Origin: Craspedostauros australis | Taxonomy: Eukaryota | Length of the DNA: 49,053 bases | Direction: 5' to 3' | Assembly: GCA_030167865.1 (NCBI GenBank) | Contig: JALAGF010003320.1 | Location: 1 to 49,053, forward strand | Part shown: positions 22,907-34,142 of the stretch, piece by piece | Position numbering within the stretch: position 1 is the stretch's first letter | Layout: every line of letters begins with the position of its first letter | Program-made: the position numbers and the translations under genes | The notes under the pieces: model-generated | Databases searched by the model: none | Told to the model about the DNA's origin: nothing | Seen by the model: the letters and a program-made list of their open reading frames with translations, nothing else

Positions 22907-25900
22907 ATGAACGCTAACAAGACCATGGCCAACTCTGCCGCAAGCTACATCTCGCAGCCCTCATCAACGGAACGAACGGCCGTCACCTTCACATCGGGGA
23001 ATGACTTCTACGATGATGGATACAACGAGAGAGAGCTAAACGCAGATATCCATGCTGAGCTCGACTTTCGCAACGTAGAGTTCTTCGGTCGTTCCCATGA
23101 ACTTCAGCAGCTGAAGGACGCATTCGACGGCATCGTGCGACGATCGCCAAGGCGCGACAAGGGACGGCGAAGGCAAAAGCAAGCGCGCCAGAGTCAGGAG
23201 CATCACAGGAATAGTCAGGAATCATCTGACAGTGATGGGCGCAAAGCCGATCCTAGCGATGGCGTTGTTCCCTTACCTTCCGAGCAAGTTCCGACCATCC
23301 AAACCCAGAGTCCAAATGGCATTGCGAGGTTGCCTGCCGTCTTCCTGTGGGGACTCAGCGGAACGGGAAAGTCGAGACTCGTCGAGCAGTTTGCGGCTTC
23401 TCTTGGTGTTGGTGCCAATCATGGCAACAGCAACAACGTTAGAAAGGATGACGCTGGCACCGGCAATCAACAACCCTCCGAGCAGACGACATCGCGTGCG
23501 CAGGAAAAGCAGCGTGCATACATCATTCGAGGCAAGAACGATGAAAGCACAGGCTCCAAAGATCCCTTCTCTGCCATCATCCAGGCTCTCGATGACTTCT
23601 GCCAGCAGGTCATCAATGGACCCAATGCGGAACGCGAACGCATGGCCAAGATCGTGATGGAGAGTCTGGGTGAAGAGGTGCAGATGATGGCGATGATGGT
23701 GCCATCTATCGTGTCCTTGGTCAACTCTGATCTATCCGCGTCACAGGCGGAGGGCGGCATCACCGGCTCCATCAAACCCACATCCGTGACACCCTCCACA
23801 CACTCGCGAAGTACGGATACTCGAAGAGACAACTTGGACCAAATGGTGGCCTCCAGTGATCGGGCCTGGAACAAGCTGCAGTACATCTTCGGGTCGTTTA
23901 TCAAGGCAATCGCAACAAGGATGCGACCAGTCATCATGTTCCTCGACGACATGCAATGGAGCTCTCAAGTCGCCTTGGATCTCCTCTCCACTCTTCTTCA
24001 AGATAAGACGTTGGGCAACTTTCTGTTGGTCGGTACCATTCGTCAAGAAATCAACCCGCACACCGACCAACCACTGGAGTTGGATTCCATGTCACCACTG
24101 GCCAACATGCTTGATAGGTTGCATGAAACCCAACATCTCTCGGAAGATCAACAGCCTCCCGAATATCCCGGGACCTGGCCCAGACCACAGACACCGAACG
24201 GCCCTCGACTGTGGACGGACATCCACCTCAGCAACATGACCCAACAAGATGTCGGGCTGTGGTTGTCGCAGCTGCTCGATAGAGAGGCGGACGAGCTGCA
24301 GCCATTGGCTGCGAAGATCCACAGCAAGACTGACGGAAACATATTCTTCATGCTCCAGCTCCTCGAAGAGCTTGAGCGATGCAATGCCATCGTGTACAGC
24401 CGCATATCCTTCCAGTGGGAGTGGCACCTCCCTGATGATGAGTCTCTGGGCAGCAACGACCTCAGTTCATCGCACCCTGCGGATCTGCAGCACCACCGAA
24501 GTACCTTCGCTGTCACGACCAATGTGATGCAGCTGATGGTGAGGAAACTCAACAACCAACCTGCGGAGCTTCGCACTGTGTTGATCATCGCATCCTACAT
24601 CCGCTTCAGCTTTGACTTCGATCTGTTGCAGTTCGTACTGACCGAAGAGAGCAAGCATCAACCCTCAACAGATGGGTTCGTGTTTGCTGCAGCGACGGCG
24701 ACGGAAATAGGCCCGACCAATGAACCGCAAGGAGAATCGCCACGATTACTGCTCCAGCACCTGGAGCATGCAGTGCTGGATGGTCTCCTCTCCAACACGG
24801 TGGGGAGCAAGACATTCCGCTTCGCACATGACCGCATTCAACAAGCTGCACTGAGCATGGTCCCATTCGGTGAAACGAGGAGCAAGCTCAAGCAAAGGAT
24901 CGGGATGCACATCTGGAGGCTGTACTGCCAACAGAACCAACTGCCACTCACGATAACGTCGGCCTCCTCATTTACATGCAGCAATGGCAACAGCCACAGC
25001 GACAGCAACAGCAGTAGAGACAGCGACAGCCGGTCACTACCAACCATCGATACCAGCCTGCTCTTCGTCGCCGCCGACCATCTCAATTGCATTCCGACCA
25101 AGGATCATGCATTCTCGCTGCGGCTCAACCTCGAAGTCGGACAGCAGGCGTTGAAGATGGCAGCGATGGCACCAGCGGCCATGTACCTACAGCTGGCCCA
25201 TAATGCATTCCGCAAGCTTCTCAATCCATGGGAGGATCAATACGATCTCTCGCTTCGCCTGCACCAGCTGCGGTCAGATGTAGAGCTGACGCTTGGGCAT
25301 TACCAGCTGGGCTACGAACTTGGTCACATGGCGCTGGAGAAGGCCAATACAACCGAGCAGAAGCTCCCGGTATACTCCTGCATGGTATCAGCGTACGCGA
25401 AAGAGGACAAGCAGGATCTGTGCGTGCAGCTGAGCAGAAGGACCATCCGTCTGCTTGCTGAATACCCGAGGCGAGCATACGCGCTGCATGCGGCCCGAGA
25501 TCTGTGGTGGCTGACATCGTACTTGAAGCGCCACAACAATGAGCAGATCCTGTCTCTTCCAGCTTTGCACGATACAAACAGGATGCTGGCGAACAAATTC
25601 ATGTTCCATCTGATTATTCGATCATTCATGGGAGCAAACCTTGTGGAATGGATGATGGCATCGATGAAGGTCGTCCGGATGTCCATTCGTCATGGTATCT
25701 GTGCTGAGGCTGCGTTGGGTTTCGTGAGTGCCGGCATGGTGCAAACTGCTCTCGGCAATCAGGCCGTCGCCACGCGCCTCGCCAACTTGGCGAGTACGAT
25801 CATCCATCGGGATTCTGACCCTTACATTCAGGCGTGGGTTGACATGATCAGCGGTGTTTTTATATACGGCTGGAATGAGCCTGCGGGGGTCATCATCGAG

Positions 25901-27052
25901 AAGTTCCATCGAGGCTTTTCTGCCTGCATGCAGCGGGGAGACTTCGAAACTGGTTTCTTCTGTTGGCAGTGCGGCAACATGGCCGCTGAATGGGAAGGAC
26001 ATCCCATGCCAGAGATGTATCGATCGTATCAATTGATGCTTGACCAGATGGCACTGTTCAAAGTGTCATCCAACATCGAGTGGTTCAAGGAGCACGCGAA
26101 GTTGCCGGCCACTCTGATTGGAAAAGAGGAGATGAATTGGGATGATATCGCTCACTTTGGCGAAGGCATCGTGAAGACGAAGGAGACTGCCTTCGTCCTC
26201 AAGGTTGGCTATTGGACACGACAGCTACTGACGACCTACTTCCAAAGGTTCGATGTTGCCAAGATTCTGTTCGAGCGCCTTGAGAAGTCTTGTTCAGACG
26301 ACCCAGCATACAACATTCAGAGCTCTCGGTTGCTGTACATTGCTCTCATGGCTGCTTCTCTCTACCGTCAAACCAAGCGCCCCAAATACAAGCGACAGCT
26401 CAAACAGGTCTACAAGAGCAGCAGGTCGGCTTGCGCCACGAAGGGTGATCGCCACGCGAGCAGGCATCTCATCATCCGCGCCGAATACATTGCAGCGACA
26501 TCAAAGCACGGCGATGACAACAAGAAAAAGAGCAAGAGCACACAGAAGAGCATCGGTGCCATCAAGGGAGCGTTCTACGATGCCATCTTCGCTTCGGACG
26601 CGGTTGGGCGCATCCACGAAGCAGGACTTGCATGCGAGCGGTTCGCTGACTACCTGATCATGATGAAGATGGAATCCGATGCCATCATCAAGCACGTCTC
26701 CCAAGCGTGTTCATACTATCATCGTTGGGGAGCCATCGCCAAGGTGGACGATCTTCGCAAACGTTATTCGCAGTACATCGATGACGAGCAGATCTGTCAG
26801 CTGATCAGGAATCACGAACAACAGCCAGGGCGCGCGGTGCTTCCGACACACCTCCAGGCAGGTAGCAATCGCATCCGGCTGAACTTTGGTGGAAGTGGGC
26901 AGAGCGTAATGGTGGGAAGCGTGGCGACGAAGACAACGTCGCCACAAACGTTTTCGATGCCGAGTAGTGGCGGTGGCAGTAGTGACGAGAACAGTCAGGT
27001 TGACGAAATGTTCGAAGATGATAACATCTCGATCTTGACGGACCATGAGTGA
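22907..27052 (+). CDS. Large STAND-class/AAA_16 P-loop ATPase with a helical C-terminal region, homologous to the core of bacterial Ser/Thr kinase-AAA-GAF-histidine kinase proteins
   Basis: FFGRSHE, Walker A GLSGTGKS, Walker B IMFLDDMQW, T-D-GNIFF, FRFAHDRIQQAA and YHRWGAIAKV in an intronless 1381-aa ORF. Confidence 0.9.
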   Translation: MNANKTMANSAASYISQPSSTERTAVTFTSGNDFYDDGYNERELNADIHAELDFRNVEFFGRSHELQQLKDAFDGIVRRSPRRDKGRRRQKQARQSQEHHRNSQESSDSDGRKADPSDGVVPLPSEQVPTIQTQSPNGIARLPAVFLWGLSGTGKSRLVEQFAASLGVGANHGNSNNVRKDDAGTGNQQPSEQTTSRAQEKQRAYIIRGKNDESTGSKDPFSAIIQALDDFCQQVINGPNAERERMAKIVMESLGEEVQMMAMMVPSIVSLVNSDLSASQAEGGITGSIKPTSVTPSTHSRSTDTRRDNLDQMVASSDRAWNKLQYIFGSFIKAIATRMRPVIMFLDDMQWSSQVALDLLSTLLQDKTLGNFLLVGTIRQEINPHTDQPLELDSMSPLANMLDRLHETQHLSEDQQPPEYPGTWPRPQTPNGPRLWTDIHLSNMTQQDVGLWLSQLLDREADELQPLAAKIHSKTDGNIFFMLQLLEELERCNAIVYSRISFQWEWHLPDDESLGSNDLSSSHPADLQHHRSTFAVTTNVMQLMVRKLNNQPAELRTVLIIASYIRFSFDFDLLQFVLTEESKHQPSTDGFVFAAATATEIGPTNEPQGESPRLLLQHLEHAVLDGLLSNTVGSKTFRFAHDRIQQAALSMVPFGETRSKLKQRIGMHIWRLYCQQNQLPLTITSASSFTCSNGNSHSDSNSSRDSDSRSLPTIDTSLLFVAADHLNCIPTKDHAFSLRLNLEVGQQALKMAAMAPAAMYLQLAHNAFRKLLNPWEDQYDLSLRLHQLRSDVELTLGHYQLGYELGHMALEKANTTEQKLPVYSCMVSAYAKEDKQDLCVQLSRRTIRLLAEYPRRAYALHAARDLWWLTSYLKRHNNEQILSLPALHDTNRMLANKFMFHLIIRSFMGANLVEWMMASMKVVRMSIRHGICAEAALGFVSAGMVQTALGNQAVATRLANLASTIIHRDSDPYIQAWVDMISGVFIYGWNEPAGVIIEKFHRGFSACMQRGDFETGFFCWQCGNMAAEWEGHPMPEMYRSYQLMLDQMALFKVSSNIEWFKEHAKLPATLIGKEEMNWDDIAHFGEGIVKTKETAFVLKVGYWTRQLLTTYFQRFDVAKILFERLEKSCSDDPAYNIQSSRLLYIALMAASLYRQTKRPKYKRQLKQVYKSSRSACATKGDRHASRHLIIRAEYIAATSKHGDDNKKKSKSTQKSIGAIKGAFYDAIFASDAVGRIHEAGLACERFADYLIMMKMESDAIIKHVSQACSYYHRWGAIAKVDDLRKRYSQYIDDEQICQLIRNHEQQPGRAVLPTHLQAGSNRIRLNFGGSGQSVMVGSVATKTTSPQTFSMPSSGGGSSDENSQVDEMFEDDNISILTDHE

Positions 27053-29140
27053 TCATGAATGATCAGATAGGAGCGATTGCAACGGCAAGCCATCGCAATT
27101 GATGCACGTGGCGGACATCTGACTGAAGGAACGGTGTAGCGTGGCGTTGCCTGGCAGATTCTTCGTTCCCTTTGGATGTGTAGGGCACCGTCGTCGATAG
27201 ATTGATCTCGAAGGTATTTGGGACTAGCCTCGTCCGCAAAGACGGATACTCTACTCGATTTCCAGTTTAGAGCCATTGACTCACTCGACTCCTACCATCC
27301 CCAAACTGAGTCGTGCGCGTTTTTATCAATCGCGACTGCGCGCAATCCAATGTCTTTTTGATCGCTGATGGGAAAAAGCCCCACCACCGTGATAGAGACC
27401 ATGGCCTTGAAACATGTTGTGGAACATTCCATGAGTCTGAGCATCCAACTGAGACTGTTTGTGCCCCATGGCGCAGAACAAAAATATCAAACATGTCCAC
27501 ACAACAACCATCTGTCGAGATGTACATGCGTGTGTATGTCAAGATGTACATGTATATGTGCATCGTTCACCCGTTATTCTCTCATACGCACTTGGACGGT
27601 ACAACTACATTCGTGTCAATAGTATTCTGTGATTCGTCAGAATTACAGCGGAAATGGAACACACGAAAATGAGCACAATTTCTGGAGGAAATTTGCAATC
27701 GACAATTTCTGAGAGAATTAGAAATATCGTCCGTCCATCCATCAATGGAGACATATGGTACCAAGCGAATCTCGAGGTACTTCCCAACTAAACCTCAGAT
27801 GACAATATCATCTGACAGACCACTGCATCATCAATGGAACGTGACATCTGGAGAGCAGAAGGACGCCTAATGATGTCAACAGGATGTCATTGTGTCACCA
27901 TGTTGACATCTGTCTCCAAGTCAGAGCAGGAGGCAAAGATCCGATGACTGAAGGACATCGAGATCATGGATACGAGAGGTGAAGTTCAAATGGTAAGTAC
28001 TCATGGAGTAGGAACCAGTAGTGAATGAACGGAGTGTCGAATGCGGAGCACGCATTGAACATGGAGCATTGTGTAGCACAAACACACGATATTGAGAGAG
28101 AGAGAGTAGCGAGAGAGCATCTCGCACTCCGACTCATAGTTGGAGACTGAATCTACAATACAGATTGAAGCACCAAGAGCATTAGGCAAGAGAATGGACA
28201 TTGAGAGGATCGGAGCGCCAACGTAATGAAATAGCAAACGAACGACTATCAACCAATACCATCTTCCACGATCGTAGGCTTCCAATCATGGAACTTGCCA
28301 ACATGCTTCATGGAGTGGATATATGGGAGGTACATGTAGCCAATGTGGAGCACAGTTTGCGGAAATTCCAGGATGATGATGATCATGGGTGCTGAAAGGA
28401 GGGTGGCATGGTGGCATCCAGAGTTTTGTGTCATCCACCACCTGACGGGCAGCAAGCCAAAACGATGTTGAAAATAAATTCCATATGAATTTAGCTTCGA
28501 TATTCAGAATCACTGATAGACAGGTGTCCGAATCACTATTTATTCTTAATTGTAAACGATGTGTTGTTGAGATATGACATGGTAAGCAGTTTTATGGATG
28601 GTTTTGGTCATGCTCTATTTTAGTCTACTTTAACACAACTCGTCACCCACAAAACTCCACAACCAGCATTATCGCTTACTGACTTGATGCATTTTCCGTT
28701 CTCTGCACGTAGTGACTCCATCATCACACTCCTCGCCATCGTTGGAGGCAAGAGATCGACCACAAATGGATGACTGTTTCGAAGAACATTGGAGACAAGA
28801 GGAGATTGAGAGCATAGTAGAGTCCATCATGACGAGAGAAACCAAGATGCCGCATTCCTATCACAGCCATCATATGATCTAGCTTTATATCCATAGAGTT
28901 CTCATTTTTGTTTGGGTTCTTGTTGTTGACACTGTTCCAACGGAACAAGATCTCTGACGTTCTTGGAGATCGTCACAGTGTCTGAACAATCCATCCACCA
29001 AGATCTCACAAATCTGCTGCTGTCGATTGCGATCCACGTACATGCAATACTCCCTTTTATTGCCATTGCCATTGCCACTGCCACCAACATCAACATCGTC
29101 ATCCTCCGATACAAAACGCACGCACGCTACAAGCACCATC

Positions 29141-29716
29141 ATGTCGCACGTCAGCCGACTCACCGTCCCGAGCTACAAGGACGAGCTGGTGCCATTCAGG
29201 TTGCTGTTTGGCCTCGATGGCGATCAAATCTTTCCGTTCCTTCAGATCTTCTTGGTCGGATGGCTGGCTCTCATGCTGCTGCCGCGCTTCAAGTACACGA
29301 AGCACATCGTGCTGACCGTCGTCGTATCCTTGGCGGCCGTCTACACATTGATGACCATCTCTCTGCTCGTGCTGCCACCAGATGGATACAAAGATGAGAC
29401 CGATTTCGGTTCCTTGGGTGGCATCGTCACGACGTTCCAAGATCCCAACTCCGTCCTGATCGGATGGATCCATTTCTTGGCATTCGATCTCATGGTCGCG
29501 TGGTTGATCACCGTGGATTCCATCGTGAATTGCGGCACTTCCCATCTGTTCCACTACATCGTGATGGTGCCCATCCTGGTGTGCACGCTGTTCCTGGGAC
29601 CGTTGGGTTTCACGGTGTACGCCATCGTGCGCATGGTGTTCTTGAACTCGAGCATCGACTTTGGCGATTCCAATGGATACCGGCCAATCGCGAATGGACG
29701 ACAATCATCCTCATGA
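29141..29716 (+). CDS. ABA4/DUF4281-family membrane protein
   Basis: Family motifs GW(I)HFLAFDL and LFLGPLG, FGSLGGI, and about four TM helices. Confidence 0.88.
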   Translation: MSHVSRLTVPSYKDELVPFRLLFGLDGDQIFPFLQIFLVGWLALMLLPRFKYTKHIVLTVVVSLAAVYTLMTISLLVLPPDGYKDETDFGSLGGIVTTFQDPNSVLIGWIHFLAFDLMVAWLITVDSIVNCGTSHLFHYIVMVPILVCTLFLGPLGFTVYAIVRMVFLNSSIDFGDSNGYRPIANGRQSSS

Positions 29717-29897
29717 CAATCAACGAAGAAGGATCTCTGATGGGTGGCTCGTCGGTCGGGAAGGCGGGACATGCTGAAGGTCTACCGTGGACCGCAGGAT
29801 CGCCAGTACGCACATGAGTGGTGATATCGCAATGCCATGATGCACACAACCGTAATGCATTATACGTCTTATACGTCACAGAAAATCACATTAATAT

Positions 29898-31136
29898 TTA
29901 CATAATTGTGCAGGTGCTCTTGCCGTACTGCTTCTTCAATTTCTTCATGTCCACCCAAGGTCCCATGTACTTCGTCATCGGGTTCCATTGATGCGATTCG
30001 GAACGCAGGATCTGCTCGATGCTCTTGCAGAAGCTGTCGAAGTCCACCTGCGGGTCCTCGACGCCGTCGAACTTGGCGCTGCCAAACAGGAGGAACATGA
30101 AATCCCTCAGCTCATCCTTCGTGAAGGGCCGTTCATCGAGCAGGTCGAACAGCCGATGGTGGAAGCCCATCTCGCGCATGCGATGCAGCGGCAGGGCGTA
30201 ATTGAGCCACTTGTTGTGCTCGTACACCTCCTCGGCCTCACCGCAAAAGTCATCGAGAACCTCCAGACTCAGCTCGAGCTGCGCATCGAGATCGTTGTAG
30301 TACTCCACGACGCTGTCCTCGTCGGTGCATAACCGCACGACGATCCACACCGGCAGACCCTCCAACGACCGCAGGGCATCCTGGAATTCTCGCCGGGCCG
30401 ACGCGCTGGAATACCCGCGATCGTCCGACGGCAGACCGTCCGTCGCGAGCACGATGGCCACCTTGCCGCCGCTCTCCTGCAGCTGCGGCAACAGCGCTTG
30501 CACGTTCTGTCGGATTTCGTGCACGTGCAGCGACAGCGGCGTGACGCCGGATGGTTGCGCATTGCGCATCGTCTGCCGCGCAATGCGCAGATCCTCGTCG
30601 AGCATATCGGGACCACGTTCGCCGATGCTGAACTGCTGCTCCCCGGCCGCGCGGCCAGGATCGTTGAGCAGGCGGAAGATGGTGGGGACCTGGATCAACC
30701 GTGCCATCTCGGCGTGGTAGTCCACGGTTTCTTGAATCTCGGTCCAGCGCGTGCAGGAGACCAGGCGGATGTCACGTTTGTTCTTTTTGGGCGAGATCAT
30801 GCGCTTGCCGTCGCCCTTGCACATGCTGCCGGAGTTGTCCACGACCCAAATGCGCAGAGGGATCATGGCGGAGTTCTGCTGCAAGGCTTCGATGAGGCCG
30901 TTCGTGAAGCCTTGGCTTCGCAAGGATTGGGCGTCGCTTTCGGAGAGGGTGTGGATGGTCTGTTCCTTCCCGGACTTCATGACGATGCGGCTGCTGCGGC
31001 CTTTCACTAGCGTGGCGCGTTGCTCCTGCTGTGGAGCAGAGGTCGAGCTGCCGTTGCTTGAGTAGGTGGGGGCGTTGGGCGGTGGCATCACATCGATGGA
31101 GGTGGCGTACGCCATTGGGATATTGGAGGATGTCAT
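29898..31136 (-). CDS. von Willebrand factor A domain protein (diatom family) with a C-terminal CaaX motif
   Basis: MIDAS elements WVVDNSGSM, GVTPL and VLATDGLP. Ends KKLKKQYGKSTCTIM*. Confidence 0.9.
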   Translation of the reverse strand: MTSSNIPMAYATSIDVMPPPNAPTYSSNGSSTSAPQQEQRATLVKGRSSRIVMKSGKEQTIHTLSESDAQSLRSQGFTNGLIEALQQNSAMIPLRIWVVDNSGSMCKGDGKRMISPKKNKRDIRLVSCTRWTEIQETVDYHAEMARLIQVPTIFRLLNDPGRAAGEQQFSIGERGPDMLDEDLRIARQTMRNAQPSGVTPLSLHVHEIRQNVQALLPQLQESGGKVAIVLATDGLPSDDRGYSSASARREFQDALRSLEGLPVWIVVRLCTDEDSVVEYYNDLDAQLELSLEVLDDFCGEAEEVYEHNKWLNYALPLHRMREMGFHHRLFDLLDERPFTKDELRDFMFLLFGSAKFDGVEDPQVDFDSFCKSIEQILRSESHQWNPMTKYMGPWVDMKKLKKQYGKSTCTIM

Positions 31137-32081
31137 TCTCTTGGTGCTCCCTATAAGTATGTGGTATTATATGTGGTATCTGCGTATGTGTGAGGATGGA
31201 TCAGGTGCAGATGTTGAGATCAGTTGAATTGCTTTGCTCTTGGGTTCTGGATGGGATGTGCTCAGTGACTTGATTCTGTTTTTATGTGATGAATGAGAGT
31301 TGACGAATGTGTGATGGCAAAGGTACTCGCGCAGCGGAAGCAAACGATCATCGATTGTGTTCGTTTTGGGCCTGTTTCACCGTTGTGTCGTTTGATGTCA
31401 TCGTTTGATCTTGTTTCCTTGTTCTGTGAGCGTTGCGCCGTGTTGAGCAAGCTCGCGCTTTGTGTAAGTCGTGGACAGTCCTGCTGTTTCGTGTGACCTG
31501 CTGTCCGGCTGGCGATGTCCGTGTTCGTTCCACAAGCAACCCTTCTGATAGCAATGCAGAACACCAACGCGCGCTCGCGAGGAGGTGCGCGTCTGGGTTT
31601 ACTCGTGTTTGTTCGTCCAACCAAAAAATGACAAGTGACGAAACAAAGAAATGATCGGCTTGGTCGAATCGCGTCTTTGTTCGAATGAATCAAACACGAA
31701 CAAAATGGAACTCAAATTCATCACAATTCTCCGCGAGGTCTCCTGAACATGACACAAATTTTCGCGCAATTCTCAAGTATTCGAAATGAGTTTCTCTGGG
31801 AACGTCTAATGGCTACTGGAGACTGCTCTTCAGTGATTGATAGTACGAGTTCATGGTGTGCGTCTGCTCCTCTGGTTGTCATCATCAAAGGTATTTTATA
31901 ATAGATCATTGTCTAGGTGTGACGGACATCAGTTACTGAGGCAAAATTGAAGAGGGGCGTGTGCCATACGATATGCTGGAGTTTTCCAAGGCGACCACCC
32001 AACCTGGTCATCCTCGCGCCGAATGCACTCAGATCGGCACCAGCGTGATGCCGCGTGCACCGACACGGCAACAGCACATGA

Positions 32082-33662
32082 TTATCGATGCTGATCCATT
32101 TGCTTCATCGTCGCGTTCATGAAGAACATATCGATCATCCGATGATTGAGATCTGTGTCATAGTGCAACGCGTCGTGTGAGCGATGATGGTGACTACTGA
32201 GATAGGACGCGTTCCAGATGTTCAGCACAGGAACACCGAGCTCATCCATCAATGACATTTGCTGCTCGTGCAAGTACCGAGCCGTTGATATGCTGCCGTA
32301 CTTGAGACGATTCATCGCTCCTGGTCTGTTCTTGACGGCTTGCGCAGCATGCAAGTGAATGGGCTGCGGCGATTTCCACAGCACCGTGACGCGCGGATGG
32401 GTCTCGCGGAACCATGAGATGATCTCGCGGTACATGCCGAGGCTGGATGTGAAGTTGTTGTCCTGTGGTGGGAATTCATCGGCAAGGATATCCCACGCTG
32501 CGCTGCCAAGAATCACAGCCACTCGTTTGCTCTCATCTTGCTCCACAACTTCCAGATCCTGTCCATACAACTTCTTCACGACCGGGATTGCGAGTTCCCT
32601 CCATTGGTCATGTCGAAAGTATCCGCCAAAGTTGCCGATCCCATTCACACCTCTGTAGCTGAACTCGGGCTTGCGCCCCTGATGCATGCCGCAGAAGTTC
32701 TTCATGGTGGAATCGCCGCAGCAGACCACCTTATCGTAGGATGACAAATCCACGGCGGTTCCCGTGCGGTTTTGGTCCCCGCTGATCTCGGGCGGGTATC
32801 GGAAGGGATTGATTTCTGGCGGTGTCGTCAGATTGGCGATTGTGTAGGTTTCGAACGCATTTCCGCATGCCTTCCACGTGGCCTTGAACGGTGCTGTCTG
32901 ACGTCCAATGTTGCAGGTGTAGCCATAGTGTAGCTGCAGCGATCCGTGTCCATGCAACGATCCAGTTGGAGGCTCGTACGGCGGTTCTTCGAATGTCAAT
33001 GCGTACGTGCCATCATTGTTGTCCTGCACGTGCGCAACGGCAGTTGGTGTGGAAAAGGTCGACGGCGGTTGAGTCTCCATCTGTTTGGCATCAAAGTATA
33101 CAGGGTAGAATTCATCACCTCCAGTGGTCTTTGGCTGACCATGCTCATCCAGTGACTGGAGGACGTATTGGACCCTCTGTCGTACTCGTATTGTAGATGG
33201 TGGATTGTCCGCACTTCGATCGTTGTCAGGATGCAACTGAGACTTCCCATCCACTTGATGGGTCCCATATTCGATAGTTTGGATGTCGAGCCGAAACTGC
33301 GCCGTCGGCGTGCATTGTGTTTGAGAGAAGTAGGTTTCGTAATCGTTCGGACTTTGCATAGTCTGCCGGAGGCGCTGGATAAGGCCAAGGTCTGGTTCTG
33401 GTGGAAATATGATGGATTCGGTGGACACGATCCTCTCCCGTATCTGCTGTGTTTGCGTTTGCGTCAGACGCCATCCAACATCCCAATCATAGGCTGAAGG
33501 TAGGCTCGATCTCAATTGGCTGAAACACAAGCCAACGATCGCGACGGTGCGCATGGAAGCAGTGAGTCGGCCATTGCGGCTGGCCTTGTTCGACGCCGAT
33601 GCTGACGCTGTCGTGGAGCGCGGACGCCATTTGGAGCTCATTGTCTTCCCTCCGTTCGGCAT
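32082..33662 (-). CDS. Type II membrane NXPE/PC-esterase-like (SGNH) protein, putative glycan O-acetyltransferase or esterase
   Basis: N-terminal TM segment, filamin/NXPE-like motifs DEHGQPKTTGGDEF and VQDNNDGTY, catalytic GDST and DALH (DxxH). Confidence 0.8.
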   Translation of the reverse strand: MPNGGKTMSSKWRPRSTTASASASNKASRNGRLTASMRTVAIVGLCFSQLRSSLPSAYDWDVGWRLTQTQTQQIRERIVSTESIIFPPEPDLGLIQRLRQTMQSPNDYETYFSQTQCTPTAQFRLDIQTIEYGTHQVDGKSQLHPDNDRSADNPPSTIRVRQRVQYVLQSLDEHGQPKTTGGDEFYPVYFDAKQMETQPPSTFSTPTAVAHVQDNNDGTYALTFEEPPYEPPTGSLHGHGSLQLHYGYTCNIGRQTAPFKATWKACGNAFETYTIANLTTPPEINPFRYPPEISGDQNRTGTAVDLSSYDKVVCCGDSTMKNFCGMHQGRKPEFSYRGVNGIGNFGGYFRHDQWRELAIPVVKKLYGQDLEVVEQDESKRVAVILGSAAWDILADEFPPQDNNFTSSLGMYREIISWFRETHPRVTVLWKSPQPIHLHAAQAVKNRPGAMNRLKYGSISTARYLHEQQMSLMDELGVPVLNIWNASYLSSHHHRSHDALHYDTDLNHRMIDMFFMNATMKQMDQHR

Positions 33663-34142
33663 CGTGAATGATTGCCTGAAGATCAATATCGATTGGGTGT
33701 CTGGTTCTTATGCGATGCGGACCTGCGAAGCAACTGCAGGTCCTGCAGAGCGAGAGAGTCGCACAGGAAAGCTTGGAATGTTGTGGTCATTGTCGATGCT
33801 TGTTTCTCGTGATGTTGCGGTAGTTGATGTTCTTTTTCCGGTTTTGTGCGTCGCATCCCGATCTTCCGTTGAGTTGTCGTTATTTGTGTGCAACCATCAA
33901 ATCGGTCCAATCGGGAAATTGACGTTATAATACGGTTAACGTAGACTGTCCTTCTGTCCAGAGTATTGCTCCGTTCGTTTTTGGTGAATTTCTGGAACGA
34001 CGCGCGATGTGCGATGAGAGGAAGGCATCGTCGTGTTCTGGCCACGCATCACACCCACAGAAGAACAAGAGCGGCTCGGGAGTCAATTGAGTTGAGCACT
34101 CTACTGCTTTCTCTCTCCCCTGAGACAGAGAGAGAGAGAGAG

